Source: a virus
Taxonomy: Duplodnaviria > Heunggongvirae > Uroviricota > Caudoviricetes
DNA length: 64,000 nt
Strand: one strand, 5' to 3'
Virus record (IMG/VR): IMGVR_UViG_3300022699_000502
Location: 1-64,000 of that record
Part shown: positions 9,678-18,952 of the stretch, one piece after another
Layout of the letters: each line of letters begins with the position of its first letter
Numbering within the stretch: the first letter of the stretch is position 1
Notes under the pieces: generated by a model
The model's input: only the letters and a program-made list of their open reading frames with translations
Databases searched by the model: none
Told to the model about the DNA's origin: nothing
Position numbers and translations under genes: made by a program

Positions 9678-10147
9678 ATCATCAATTCTTGTCTATCAAG
9701 TTTATCCGTATGTTTTACCGTGTTACGTATTTTTTGATTCCAATCTAAGAAGATGGCACCGTACACCTCGTTATCTACGCGCCAAACCATACAGCAACAT
9801 CCATCGTATCTTTTAGTTAACTCGCACGATATCGTAGTCATGTTAACACATATACATCATAATCATACATATCCGATTCACGAATCCTATCCTTGAGTAC
9901 TTCATTTAGTTTTCCGGTGTAAAACGTTAAATATAGCTTGTTGTATGCATACCAACACACAACTTTATCATCCTTAAGCTTTAATCGACTTTTCATGTCG
10001 ATTCACACTTGTGATAATAGATATCTTTAGAGATTGACGTCTTCACGACACGCAACGCACTCCTCCCATCATCTTCACCGAAATATGCGCCATATATGAT
10101 GTCAGATACACGCCAATACACCATCCACCCATCATGATGCTCCCTAA

Positions 10148-10333
10148 TTAATATGATGAATCACCATACACTAAATATATGTCGTCATATGCGTCAATGT
10201 GGTTCCAATCCCAATCATTGGTATTATCTATATCGATATCAAAAGTATTTGATGTTGTTTGCCCAAACACAATTGAACTACCGTCTCTAACCACATCAAC
10301 CAAGCTAATGATTCCCCTGCTCACTTTTATCAT
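10148..10333 (-). CDS. hypothetical protein (61 aa)
   Basis: coding-strand ORF. Confidence 0.3.
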   Translation of the reverse strand: MIKVSRGIISLVDVVRDGSSIVFGQTTSNTFDIDIDNTNDWDWNHIDAYDDIYLVYGDSSY

Positions 10334-10498
10334 AATAGTCTCTCCTCACTATCGAAATCTCCGTCTAATATCCTATCTTTTATTTCTTGTGTTATACCAT
10401 CATAATTGAATCCTATTCTGACCGCATTGTCCGTTACCCACATAACTAAGTGATCCGAGTAGTATGCTCCATGTGTTTTCTTCATCGCCGAAACCTCG

Positions 10499-10726
10499 TT
10501 ACTCTTCATGTATTTTAGTCATCTCATCTGTAAATTCTGAGACCTTCGATACAATATATATAGTATCCATAGTTTGGCTTTCATTAAGTTCTATTCCAAC
10601 TTTATCAAGCGATTTCTGTACTAAACTTAACGGGGTAGCATCCTGTGCTTCCGTCTCTTGTATAACCTCATATACTATATCTACGATCTCATTCCATCTT
10701 TTATCCATATTATCACCTTTGTCCAC
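10499..10726 (-). CDS. hypothetical acidic protein (75 aa)
   Basis: coding-strand ORF. Confidence 0.4.
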   Translation of the reverse strand: MDKGDNMDKRWNEIVDIVYEVIQETEAQDATPLSLVQKSLDKVGIELNESQTMDTIYIVSKVSEFTDEMTKIHEE

Positions 10727-10786
10727 AACCTTTATATAATCCTACGTATTTATTTATGTGCCAACCACACAAAAATAGTGAGGGGT

Positions 10787-11086
10787 TCACCCCTTTACTA
10801 TTTTACATGTGAGCTCGCGTAATACATCGACTGTTCTCTCATCATATTTTTCGTTAGTATCAATCACTATCTTCTTTATTTTAGATTGTCTAATCGGTAT
10901 ATAACCTTCCATCTTTTCGCCATCATAATGCCGTTCAGTCCTTAAATGCACCTCACCGGTGACTGGGTTTAACCTTAGCCCATTCCCTGGCCTCGTCCAA
11001 TGATCTGTTTGCATAGCTAACTTACCTTTATATTCAACATATTTGTTGCGTTCGCTATTACGACTCCTAACTTTTTCTTTAAACAT
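10787..11086 (-). CDS. hypothetical protein (99 aa)
   Basis: first gene after promoter copy 3; HWTRPGNGLRLNPVTGEVHL segment not assigned. Confidence 0.45.
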   Translation of the reverse strand: MFKEKVRSRNSERNKYVEYKGKLAMQTDHWTRPGNGLRLNPVTGEVHLRTERHYDGEKMEGYIPIRQSKIKKIVIDTNEKYDERTVDVLRELTCKIVKG

Positions 11087-11113
11087 TCTTTTTTCCTCCT
11101 ATTATATTATTAT

Positions 11114-11160
11114 ATATTGTTCATCCTATATAAATATTATGGGAATGTTAGGGAAGGGGA
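11114..11160 (-). promoter_or_regulatory. conserved viral promoter element copy 3
   Basis: tattgttcatcctatataaatattatgggaatgttagggaagggg, with a tandem second half-copy gggaagggg. Confidence 0.6.
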
Positions 11161-11339
11161 GGATCTAATGCGTAATCCTCGCCATTAGACGAAACAATTG
11201 TTTCACCGTCTCCATCCATTATAATTATTATCCTGTCTTTAACCATTATATACCCGCCAGTTATTTTGAGAACGAGTTTTGATTTATGCCAATGGAAAGA
11301 TTGTCCTTCCTTCCACGCGCCAACGTTAATTCTTATCAT
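11148..11339 (-). CDS. hypothetical small protein (63 aa)
   Basis: coding-strand ORF immediately downstream of the 167-aa and radical-SAM genes. Confidence 0.35.
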   Translation of the reverse strand: MIRINVGAWKEGQSFHWHKSKLVLKITGGYIMVKDRIIIIMDGDGETIVSSNGEDYALDPPLP

Positions 11340-11839
11340 ATGAAACGACCATTAACATCATATCCATTTTCATCACACCACTCCAAGAAATCACCTGTAC
11401 CGCCACCTCGTGTCTCAATCGCCGAATTAAATTCACTACATATTTTTGCGAAATCTTCATAGTCCTCTGTGTTCCATTCATTTATTTGGAACCCGACGCT
11501 GTCGTCATTTGGTAAGAAAAACCACACTCCGGTGTTCTCAACACCAACTACCGTTGTTATGAAGGCAGGTGGTACACTTATTGCCGTGTCTTTTACTTCC
11601 AATCCGTCTTTACTAAAATCGATATCTTCAATATCGATGATTTGTTTAATAGGAATATGTGACAACTTATCGACATTCATCCCAATATCTTCGAGTTTAT
11701 CGCATTTTGGCCAATACTCGACCTTTAGTTTAGCATCCAATAAGTCTAATGCTCTTTTTAATACTGCTTTTTTCGATTCCGCATCTGTATATGGGAGCCT
11801 CGTAACTATTTCACTACAATTCGGTTGATCAACCATCAT
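11336..11839 (-). CDS. hypothetical protein (167 aa), translationally coupled to the radical-SAM gene
   Basis: start overlaps the radical-SAM gene's stop by 11 nt; acidic; function not recognised. Confidence 0.5.
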   Translation of the reverse strand: MMVDQPNCSEIVTRLPYTDAESKKAVLKRALDLLDAKLKVEYWPKCDKLEDIGMNVDKLSHIPIKQIIDIEDIDFSKDGLEVKDTAISVPPAFITTVVGVENTGVWFFLPNDDSVGFQINEWNTEDYEDFAKICSEFNSAIETRGGGTGDFLEWCDENGYDVNGRFI

Positions 11840-12629
11840 ATTTCCTCCTTTTTATATATGGACAACTAAATCTTTCATCTAATTGAACGTCTTTAAGTTT
11901 AGTGATGTCGGATGGTTCATCGAGATGTACTAATATGGAGTCGGCAAAACTGCACCCTCTTACATCACCCGTTTGGTCTATACACACAGTTGATGTGCCA
12001 TAATGACATGGTGATCCCCAATGATTTCCCATATTATCTAATAGTTTTGAACTGCATTCATCTACATATACGTTTTCTAATTTCTCGAAGTATCCGAATT
12101 CCCAATACTTGTCCAAAATATCCACTGTTGGTTCGTTTTTCATCGATAATAAATATACTCTATCTGCCCGATTAGATATACTATCAACGATGTTTACTAT
12201 GTTATCAAATACGCCGTCCGTCATCAATATGTTCGCACCTATACGTGAATCGCTAAACATCCGTGCTTGCTTGATGGTTTCTAAATACTCATCCATATTC
12301 CATTTGTAGTCATCGTATGATATACTGATCATGTCGATGTTAGCACTGCATTCTATCAGTTCATCTAAATACTTACCGTTCGTCGTCAAATTCATTTGTA
12401 CTCCATTCCGCTTCCCTTTTGCTGCCATCTTATGCAATAAATCACCTTTGTTTTTTAGTACTTCACCGCCGCCCACGGCTATCTGTTTCGTGTATGGCGC
12501 CACTTCTTCTACTAACTGCATCCAAAACTCATCCGGCCGACCCTCTTTGTTTTCTGCATAACAAAACGGGCAATCTAAATTGCAATCATTTGTTATATGC
12601 ATACTTACTACTTCAAAATTCATTTCCAT
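11829..12629 (-). CDS. radical SAM enzyme with C-terminal auxiliary Cys cluster (SPASM/Twitch-like)
   Basis: 266 aa; CNLDCPFCY CxxxCxxC cluster; glycine-rich VGGGE SAM-binding motif; C-terminal GSPCHYGTSTVCIDQTGDVRGCSF extra cysteines. Confidence 0.75.
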   Translation of the reverse strand: MEMNFEVVSMHITNDCNLDCPFCYAENKEGRPDEFWMQLVEEVAPYTKQIAVGGGEVLKNKGDLLHKMAAKGKRNGVQMNLTTNGKYLDELIECSANIDMISISYDDYKWNMDEYLETIKQARMFSDSRIGANILMTDGVFDNIVNIVDSISNRADRVYLLSMKNEPTVDILDKYWEFGYFEKLENVYVDECSSKLLDNMGNHWGSPCHYGTSTVCIDQTGDVRGCSFADSILVHLDEPSDITKLKDVQLDERFSCPYIKRRKYDG

Positions 12630-12849
12630 CTTTTATCACATCATTTAATTTAATTTTGTATAACGTTGGTAATTCCCAAACTAAAAACTGGCTACCTTCC
12701 GATACATGTTCGTTTATTATCTCAACAACTGTGTCTTCTACTATATGATTGTAATCGGCAAGCCTTGCAACGAATAAAGTATCATCAATTATCATAACTG
12801 ATATTTTGTTAAGAGATAAACCCCTCATTTTATCTTCCTCAATTTCCAT
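12613..12849 (-). CDS. hypothetical protein (78 aa), tandem paralog of 13075..13317
   Basis: shared pattern ISVMIIDDTLFVARL / ISTLIIDGDIYIIRIL and C-terminal DVIKD. Confidence 0.45.
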   Translation of the reverse strand: MEIEEDKMRGLSLNKISVMIIDDTLFVARLADYNHIVEDTVVEIINEHVSEGSQFLVWELPTLYKIKLNDVIKDGNEF

Positions 12850-12863
12850 AGTCGTCCAGCCTC

Positions 12864-13085
12864 TTAACCATATTCTTTAATGCTGCTTAATTCGCATTCC
12901 CATCCTTCCGGCATCTTCCATACTCTCCATTCCGGATCGGTTTTACCGCGTACGATAGACATCGTGGCCTCATATGGAGTCATATCCATATCTCTTCTGA
13001 ACGTAGCAAAATACACTTCGCGACCAAACCTGATCACTGTATTTTTACACTCATTTATCCATTCCCTGTGCTTCCTATACTTCAT
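12864..13085 (-). CDS. hypothetical protein (73 aa)
   Basis: coding-strand ORF. Confidence 0.4.
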   Translation of the reverse strand: MKYRKHREWINECKNTVIRFGREVYFATFRRDMDMTPYEATMSIVRGKTDPEWRVWKMPEGWECELSSIKEYG

Positions 13086-13317
13086 CCTTTATCACATCTT
13101 GTAAATATGTCACGCTAAAGTCTTGGAGACGCCAAATTATAAACCCCCTCGCTTTTTCTAAGTGCTTATCCATAACTTCAACTATTGATTGCGATGTCAC
13201 ATTATTATGTGCTTGGGAAAAAGGTAAGATACGTATAATATATATGTCACCATCGATTATCAGTGTTGATATTTTTAAATCCTCGAATAGTTTTAGGTCA
13301 TGTTTCTTTATTCTCAT
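13075..13317 (-). CDS. hypothetical protein (80 aa), paralog of 12613..12849
   Basis: see 12613..12849. Confidence 0.45.
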   Translation of the reverse strand: MRIKKHDLKLFEDLKISTLIIDGDIYIIRILPFSQAHNNVTSQSIVEVMDKHLEKARGFIIWRLQDFSVTYLQDVIKDEV

Positions 13318-13538
13318 AATAGTTCAGCCACCAACACATCTTCAACTTCTTCAGGCCATTGTAATTTCCTAAATTCTTCTTCGGCTTCCTCTTCAGTATC
13401 ATAATCGATAATCACTTTAGTTTGCTTATGTGCTTCACCATCATTTAGCTCATCCAACACGTTGATCGTAACTGTATTGTGAGAGCCGTCGGCATCTAAT
13501 ATGATTTCGTATCTACCTAATGATTTAGCACTGTACAT
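13314..13538 (-). CDS. hypothetical acidic protein (74 aa)
   Basis: coding-strand ORF. Confidence 0.4.
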   Translation of the reverse strand: MYSAKSLGRYEIILDADGSHNTVTINVLDELNDGEAHKQTKVIIDYDTEEEAEEEFRKLQWPEEVEDVLVAELL

Positions 13539-13881
13539 ACTTCATATATCTCTCCCAACAATCCGGACACCTATCCGTTAGTTCCTGAAATGCCTCATCT
13601 CTATCTATTTCGCCTAAAGTTGGGTCATAAAAGTAAGGTAACGGTGAATTATGATTATACCCTCTCCTTTCCATCTCTATCACTAACTCTTCATGCCGGC
13701 TTCTTATATTATGCACTTCAACTAAACCGTTTTCTATATACTCCTTCAGTTTTCTCTCCAAATCATCATCTGCTTTCTGTATTGTCCCGACAAACATATG
13801 GAGTTCGTTATGTTCGTCTAACAAATGTTGTCTACACATAAATCTTGGGTTTACCATCCACATTCTCATAAGCATCATCAA
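13525..13881 (-). CDS. pyrimidine-dimer DNA glycosylase-like (T4 endonuclease V family)
   Basis: 118 aa; N-term VNPRFMCRQHLLDEHNELHMFVG parallels T4 DenV [24 protein letters not shown]. Confidence 0.55.
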   Translation of the reverse strand: MMMLMRMWMVNPRFMCRQHLLDEHNELHMFVGTIQKADDDLERKLKEYIENGLVEVHNIRSRHEELVIEMERRGYNHNSPLPYFYDPTLGEIDRDEAFQELTDRCPDCWERYMKYVQC

Positions 13882-13914
13882 TAATACAATTGTTATGTTA
13901 TTTAAATGTTATTG

Positions 13915-14100
13915 AATAAAGAGCAGGTGGTAGGTGTTGAACCTACATAAGACGGTGTGGCCGGGCACATATGCGTCTTACTCACTCCTTCGGGACCCAA
14001 CTCCCTTCAGCAACACCTGCAAAAAGGTTTTAGTCGAGAAGCCTGTCATGGATGTCAAACGCTATCCTATCGACTTCATGTGCTTTGGCTTCTCTCGACT
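13915..14100 (-). ncRNA. GC-rich structured element (candidate ncRNA or structured leader)
   Basis: GC island in an AT-rich gap; closing stem GCAGGTG..CACCTGC; CCTTCGGG (UUCG) tetraloop hairpin; second stem GAGAAGCC..GGCTTCTC; degenerate promoter-like tatactatttaaatgttgtgga at 14163-14185. Confidence 0.3.
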
Positions 14101-14654
14101 TCATATTCTTTATTTTATCTATTATTTTTCTTACCATTTTCTCACCATTTGAACCTAATATGTTATACTATTTAAATGTTGTGGACTATATCTTCCATAT
14201 GTCTTGAAGTCATGGTTTGCACCCCCATCCCAATAAAACACGATGTTATCATTACGATACACCGCTGATTTTAAGATCGTATCGTAGTGGTGTGCTTTAA
14301 TCACCATAAACACATCCTAATTTACCGTCATATACGTATTTTGTTGTTGTACTACCACCCATGAGGCGAGCCTCCACTATATAACAATTTGGTCCGATAT
14401 TTTGTTCGAACTCTATTTTAATTACGTCGTGTACTTTTATTGTTATCATATCGGTAACCCCTACGGTTCCTTTGAATACATAATAACTTCGTTATTGTCT
14501 ATTATTACTGAACTGATAACACATATGTAATTTTCATTTTACCAAACTACAAATGTAAAATCTGTATTATCTGTTACAAGAACTACATATATATTTTCAT
14601 AATATGCGTATTCGATTTTTTGTGGTGACTTGCATTCTGTGGTTATCATGATTA

Positions 14655-14885
14655 TTATCCTCGTATTTCTTGTAATTCCTTAAAGAATTCTTCTTCATAT
14701 ATGTCGTCTAAGTCGTATTCTCCGTTCAATTTGACCCTCTTTACAATTTTCAAATTGTTACCTTTCCAGCTACTTGATAAGTTTGTTATGCGACCAACTA
14801 ACATATATATATTGTTGTCTTTTCTGATAATTATCCTTTTGTAATGCTCGGGCACTACTATGTGATGTGGACGATATGACAACAT
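14655..14885 (-). CDS. hypothetical protein (76 aa)
   Basis: coding-strand ORF. Confidence 0.4.
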   Translation of the reverse strand: MLSYRPHHIVVPEHYKRIIIRKDNNIYMLVGRITNLSSSWKGNNLKIVKRVKLNGEYDLDDIYEEEFFKELQEIRG

Positions 14886-15379
14886 CAGAATACCCTTTCT
14901 TCAAGGTTCTTGTTATATTTGAAACCTATTCTTTCTATTAACATCTTTAAGTGGTCTTTATCCTTTATTTCGAAGTCCGGTTCATAATGACACGGTGATG
15001 TTTCTGTTATATCTTGTGGCATAATCTCTTTCATCGCCTCATACCACTTACCTGATGTTGCTATCTTACATTGTTGTTGGTCATATGGTCGTTTTGCTGC
15101 AAATATAATTTCGTTCGTGTTTTTTAATCCGAAATAAAAGTCTTCGGGATTCACTTTAATTGTAATTTCTGGTAGGTCTTCATGTGCTTGTTCTACCATA
15201 TCATCTAGTTTACCATCATATAGTTGTTCCCCAAAATATCCGTCATCTTCTAGGCGTCCGATCCCTTCCATCACATCATTTAATGATAAACCTGTCATAT
15301 CCCTTATTTCTTTTGCTGATAGTTCGGCATCCTCCTCGTATTTTTCCAAACATTCTTTAACAATATTCTTTTTATTCAT
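14885..15379 (-). CDS. putative wHTH regulator (164 aa)
   Basis: first gene after promoter copy 4; N-term SAKEIRDMTGLSLNDVMEGIGRLEDDGYF looks HTH-like. Confidence 0.5.
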   Translation of the reverse strand: MNKKNIVKECLEKYEEDAELSAKEIRDMTGLSLNDVMEGIGRLEDDGYFGEQLYDGKLDDMVEQAHEDLPEITIKVNPEDFYFGLKNTNEIIFAAKRPYDQQQCKIATSGKWYEAMKEIMPQDITETSPCHYEPDFEIKDKDHLKMLIERIGFKYNKNLEERVF

Positions 15380-15402
15380 ATTTTTCCTCTTATATTATTA
15401 TA

Positions 15403-15447
15403 TATTGTTCATCCTATTTAAATATATTGGGAATGGTTTTGGATGGT
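15403..15447 (-). promoter_or_regulatory. conserved viral promoter element copy 4
   Basis: tattgttcatcctatttaaatatattgggaatggttttggatgg. Confidence 0.6.
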
Positions 15448-15777
15448 GTGGATAGCTTCAACTATGTCATCAGTTACACTATCTACCGTATGAATAGTTA
15501 TTTCGCGTGCTATTACGTCAGTTGTTTCGTAGTTTTGATATATACATTTGTCTCCGTAGTGTCCGTAATCCCATCCAACAACACCATCTTCACAGAATGT
15601 TACGCCGCCATGCACATTTCCTTCTAGTATGCCGTCCAAATTTTCATCGCCCGAAATTATGTATGCATTGAAGTGGCTGTAGTCATAATCTTTACCTGCT
15701 AATGTGTTGAATGTGATGAGTCCGACATAATTTCCTATTCTAATCGCTTTTATCGGATCCGTATATATGATCGCCAT
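15418..15777 (-). CDS. hypothetical protein (119 aa)
   Basis: coding-strand ORF; last gene of the upstream unit. Confidence 0.45.
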   Translation of the reverse strand: MAIIYTDPIKAIRIGNYVGLITFNTLAGKDYDYSHFNAYIISGDENLDGILEGNVHGGVTFCEDGVVGWDYGHYGDKCIYQNYETTDVIAREITIHTVDSVTDDIVEAIHTIQNHSQYI

Positions 15778-16027
15778 ACAACCCCCTCCTTTGTTTCATT
15801 ATTAGAGTTATGTCAGGTGGTACGTAGTTGTCCCAACGGTTGCTTCCTATTCTTATTTGGTTCAATTCGTACGTTGAACTATTTGGGTCTCCACGAGCTC
15901 TGAACTCATCATCAACCAAATACACGTTTCTGTTTTCGACATAAAATAGCCAATTACTGCGCTCTAAAAAACACTTCGACCATATATATTCCATTCTGTC
16001 AAACGCTAACATATTTTTTTTCCTCAA
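15740..16027 (-). CDS. hypothetical protein (95 aa)
   Basis: coding-strand ORF. Confidence 0.35.
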   Translation of the reverse strand: MRKKNMLAFDRMEYIWSKCFLERSNWLFYVENRNVYLVDDEFRARGDPNSSTYELNQIRIGSNRWDNYVPPDITLIMKQRRGLYGDHIYGSDKSD

Positions 16028-16152
16028 TTTAGTTTTATGTAGAACGTTAGTGCTTCATTCAACAATTCTTGCATACATGGTAGTTCGCCTATCGCGTTTA
16101 TCTCTCTATTTGGTCTTGGTCTATCTTCCATTTTTGGTTCCATAATATCATC

Positions 16153-16338
16153 TCAATATATTATTCTGAACGCACCATAAAATACTAGTGCGAGAAGCGG
16201 AAACAATACTTCAACTGATGTTAAACCTAATATTATCAGAATTCCTAATATGACACATATGAATGTTTCAACTACCATCGCTTCTGCGTGTGCTGTCATA
16301 TACCCGTTTTGGAATATATGCTCGTATTTCTTTTCCAT
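16153..16338 (-). CDS. small membrane protein (61 aa)
   Basis: two hydrophobic segments. Confidence 0.3.
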   Translation of the reverse strand: MEKKYEHIFQNGYMTAHAEAMVVETFICVILGILIILGLTSVEVLFPLLALVFYGAFRIIY

Positions 16339-16342
16339 TTTA

Positions 16343-16543
16343 TCATAACCTTTTTAATGCGTTTAGTTGGTCTTCCGTGAACTCATCCGTATTTAACGTT
16401 AATATGTTTTTGTCATGTAGTGCAAAAAAGACCAATATGTCATTTACATCAACTTCAGTAAACACATATGCTTTTTCTTTACCTATTTTTTGTAACCCAT
16501 GAAAGTCTTCACCTTCAATTATTCTCCATCTCATCATTTCCAC
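16343..16543 (-). CDS. hypothetical protein (66 aa)
   Basis: coding-strand ORF. Confidence 0.35.
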   Translation of the reverse strand: MEMMRWRIIEGEDFHGLQKIGKEKAYVFTEVDVNDILVFFALHDKNILTLNTDEFTEDQLNALKRL

Positions 16544-16827
16544 CTATCAAGTTCTATTTTTATACATTTAAATATATTACCGTCATACGCTATTTGATGA
16601 GTGGTACCACTCATACTTTCCATAATACGTCCCATCATTCCATCAGGATGCATTATCACATAATCCATAAATATATAGTCCTTGTACCGAACAACTTCAT
16701 TGTTGAGGAATTGAAATCCCATTCCCCTGTATGACCCTCTAAACGTGTACATGTCAGTAACCTGGCGGATATATCTCTTCGATGATGGTGTCTTGTACGT
16801 GAACCTGTAAGTGTCCTTCACCATCAC
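16534..16827 (-). CDS. hypothetical protein (97 aa)
   Basis: coding-strand ORF. Confidence 0.4.
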   Translation of the reverse strand: MMVKDTYRFTYKTPSSKRYIRQVTDMYTFRGSYRGMGFQFLNNEVVRYKDYIFMDYVIMHPDGMMGRIMESMSGTTHQIAYDGNIFKCIKIELDRWK

Positions 16828-16990
16828 ACAACCTACAAACGGCTTTGTATTGGATACTACCTACTTTCATATCGATTGTTCCTGTACCTTCACATAATGG
16901 ACATCGTGCGTTCAACTCATTATCTATATCTACTTCGATTTCTCCCATATTATCAATCCTCATATATTTTGGTGTTATGGTATATACCAA
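16754..16990 (-). CDS. DnaJ-type CxxCxGxG zinc-finger mini-protein
   Basis: 78 aa; CPLCEGTGTI and CRLCDGEGHL repeats. Confidence 0.45.
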   Translation of the reverse strand: MVYTITPKYMRIDNMGEIEVDIDNELNARCPLCEGTGTIDMKVGSIQYKAVCRLCDGEGHLQVHVQDTIIEEIYPPGY

Positions 16991-17190
16991 TCACTTGCAT
17001 CTAAATACTCGCCTCTATATATTATACAATTTCCAACTTGCTCATCAAATAGTGAGTAGTTACCATAATCCCCATTCATATCTGCCCTTATTATTTTATC
17101 CTTTAACCAATTACCTTCTTCTTGAACATCAATTATGCAATATAAGTTTTTATATTCGAGTGTTATCGCTATGTTCCCTGATGGCCACAC
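16975..17190 (-). CDS. hypothetical protein (71 aa)
   Basis: coding-strand ORF. Confidence 0.35.
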   Translation of the reverse strand: MWPSGNIAITLEYKNLYCIIDVQEEGNWLKDKIIRADMNGDYGNYSLFDEQVGNCIIYRGEYLDASDWYIP

Positions 17191-17198
17191 CTCGAATG

Positions 17199-17393
17199 TT
17201 ATGATTGTATCAACTCCAATATTTCATCCTTGCGATCATCGTTTTTGCTTAGGAATTCGATCGGCACATAGTTAGGTCCTATCAAATACATTTCATTGCG
17301 ATCGTTGTAGACGAATTGCTCGACTACCCTGAACTCGCCCCTGTATATTATAAACGTCTGTTTCATCCTACCTATGTCATATTTAAGCACCAT
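17199..17393 (-). CDS. hypothetical protein (64 aa)
   Basis: coding-strand ORF. Confidence 0.35.
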   Translation of the reverse strand: MVLKYDIGRMKQTFIIYRGEFRVVEQFVYNDRNEMYLIGPNYVPIEFLSKNDDRKDEILELIQS

Positions 17394-17420
17394 ACCACCT
17401 TCCTATGTTTCTTTATGTTG

Positions 17421-18017
17421 TTATATGCGGAGGGCCACCAACATGTCAAATAATAGTTCTCTTTCTTCATCATCCTCAACATCTTGTATGGTTTGTTCTG
17501 GGCCTAAATACGTGCCTTGTGCAATCTTATGACCTCGTATATCATAAACTTCATTATCATATATCTTTACATATTTTCGTCTTTGATAGTGATCCGGCTC
17601 CCTCTTCTCATACAGCTCATCATCTACAAACATGTAGTTAGTTGTATGAAATTGGATTTCGCGGTTTTTGTACCGGTCTGTATGTGGTAACACTTCATTC
17701 ATAGCTTCCTTCATGTTTTTGCGTGGTGCCCAATATACGGCAACAAGCTGTTCTCCCCACAACTTGTATGTCCACGGACACTTACTGTTCTGAAATAAGT
17801 TCGTGTATTCTCTCTCCATTTCCATATCGTTTCGTTTCAAATACTCATAATATTTTCTGTGTTTTACCCGCATCCACCCTGCACCTTTCATCTTTTTTTG
17901 CATCTTAGTTGCATAACATCTATTGCTATTAATGTGGTTATGGAAGCCTCTCTTATCGATAGCTCTACCACATTCCGGGCATATTTTCATGTTGTCTTTT
18001 TTGCTCATAAATCTCAA
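17421..18017 (-). CDS. C2H2-like zinc-finger protein, paralog family member 2 of 3
   Basis: KICPECGRAIDKRGFHNHINSNRC; shared downstream W-containing block YWAPRKNMKEAMNE. Confidence 0.6.
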   Translation of the reverse strand: MRFMSKKDNMKICPECGRAIDKRGFHNHINSNRCYATKMQKKMKGAGWMRVKHRKYYEYLKRNDMEMEREYTNLFQNSKCPWTYKLWGEQLVAVYWAPRKNMKEAMNEVLPHTDRYKNREIQFHTTNYMFVDDELYEKREPDHYQRRKYVKIYDNEVYDIRGHKIAQGTYLGPEQTIQDVEDDEERELLFDMLVALRI

Positions 18018-18089
18018 AACTCCTATATTAATGGTATAATATATTGAAAAGGTTTTATGCGCTTTAAAGCGCCTTTATGCCTGTTATAC

Positions 18090-18653
18090 TCAAAGTTTAT
18101 GCGCCACTTTAATCTGTTCTAATTCTTGTTTCAATTTGCAATCTTTGATCGAACTCACCGGTGTTATTTTTCCTAATAACCTGCCATTTACGTCGTATAT
18201 TTTGATCGGCCAGCCGCTCTTCACCTTCACCTTTCTGTTTTTACATGATGGGTCGATTAACCTATATATCTTGATTTCATCATTTATTTCGATAAATACG
18301 TACTCGTTATGTCTATCGATTATTTTGCGCGATTTTATGGTTGTAAATCCTCTCAGTATGCGTTTTTCTGCCTCATGTTTAGCTTCACTGGATATCCAAT
18401 GCCCCACCCTAAGGTTATTGTATCTTCTATAGTTGTTGTAGTCAACATAATCCCTTTCAATGTGTTCTGGCATATTTTCCCGAACCCAATTTATTATCGC
18501 TTTATTTGATTCTATTGTCCACCCCATGCTTTCATACATCTTACGCGTCCTGTTCCACTTACATTGTTTGCTGTTGCGATGTTGTTTGATGCCTCGCGAC
18601 TCAAACGCTTCCCCGCACTTATCACATATTTTTATGTTGTCAGGATGACTCAT
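18090..18653 (-). CDS. C2H2-like zinc-finger protein, paralog family member 3 of 3
   Basis: KICDKCGEAFESRGIKQHRNSKQC; HWISSEAKHEAEKRI block. Confidence 0.6.
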   Translation of the reverse strand: MSHPDNIKICDKCGEAFESRGIKQHRNSKQCKWNRTRKMYESMGWTIESNKAIINWVRENMPEHIERDYVDYNNYRRYNNLRVGHWISSEAKHEAEKRILRGFTTIKSRKIIDRHNEYVFIEINDEIKIYRLIDPSCKNRKVKVKSGWPIKIYDVNGRLLGKITPVSSIKDCKLKQELEQIKVAHKL

Positions 18654-18654
18654 A

Positions 18655-18900
18655 TTATTCCCCCGGTGTTATTATCCACAATGCCAACCCAATTAGTAGT
18701 CTCGTCCAGACATTTGTGTAGTACGGTGCATCAAACAACATATGTGTTAGGTAGGTTGCTGCCCAACCAGATATGTATATCGCCAATACTAATATGCCGA
18801 TGATTAAACCGCCCATCAATACACTACTTATTAGCGATCCATCTTCCGTCGCTTCCTTCATCCTTCCTATTACTTTTGATATTCCTAACATATTTTTCAC
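18655..18900 (-). CDS. membrane protein (81 aa)
   Basis: two transmembrane-like segments; stop/start abuts 18653. Confidence 0.4.
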   Translation of the reverse strand: MKNMLGISKVIGRMKEATEDGSLISSVLMGGLIIGILVLAIYISGWAATYLTHMLFDAPYYTNVWTRLLIGLALWIITPGE

Positions 18901-18952
18901 CTATTCCTGGGATAGTAATGACGACCCGTCCCGTCCGAAGATTTAGCCACTA

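Noticed and set aside
13921-14025. tRNA (with intron) folding of the GC-rich element
   Set aside because: The acceptor-like and D-like stems exist, but no T-arm can be formed adjacent to the 3' acceptor strand.
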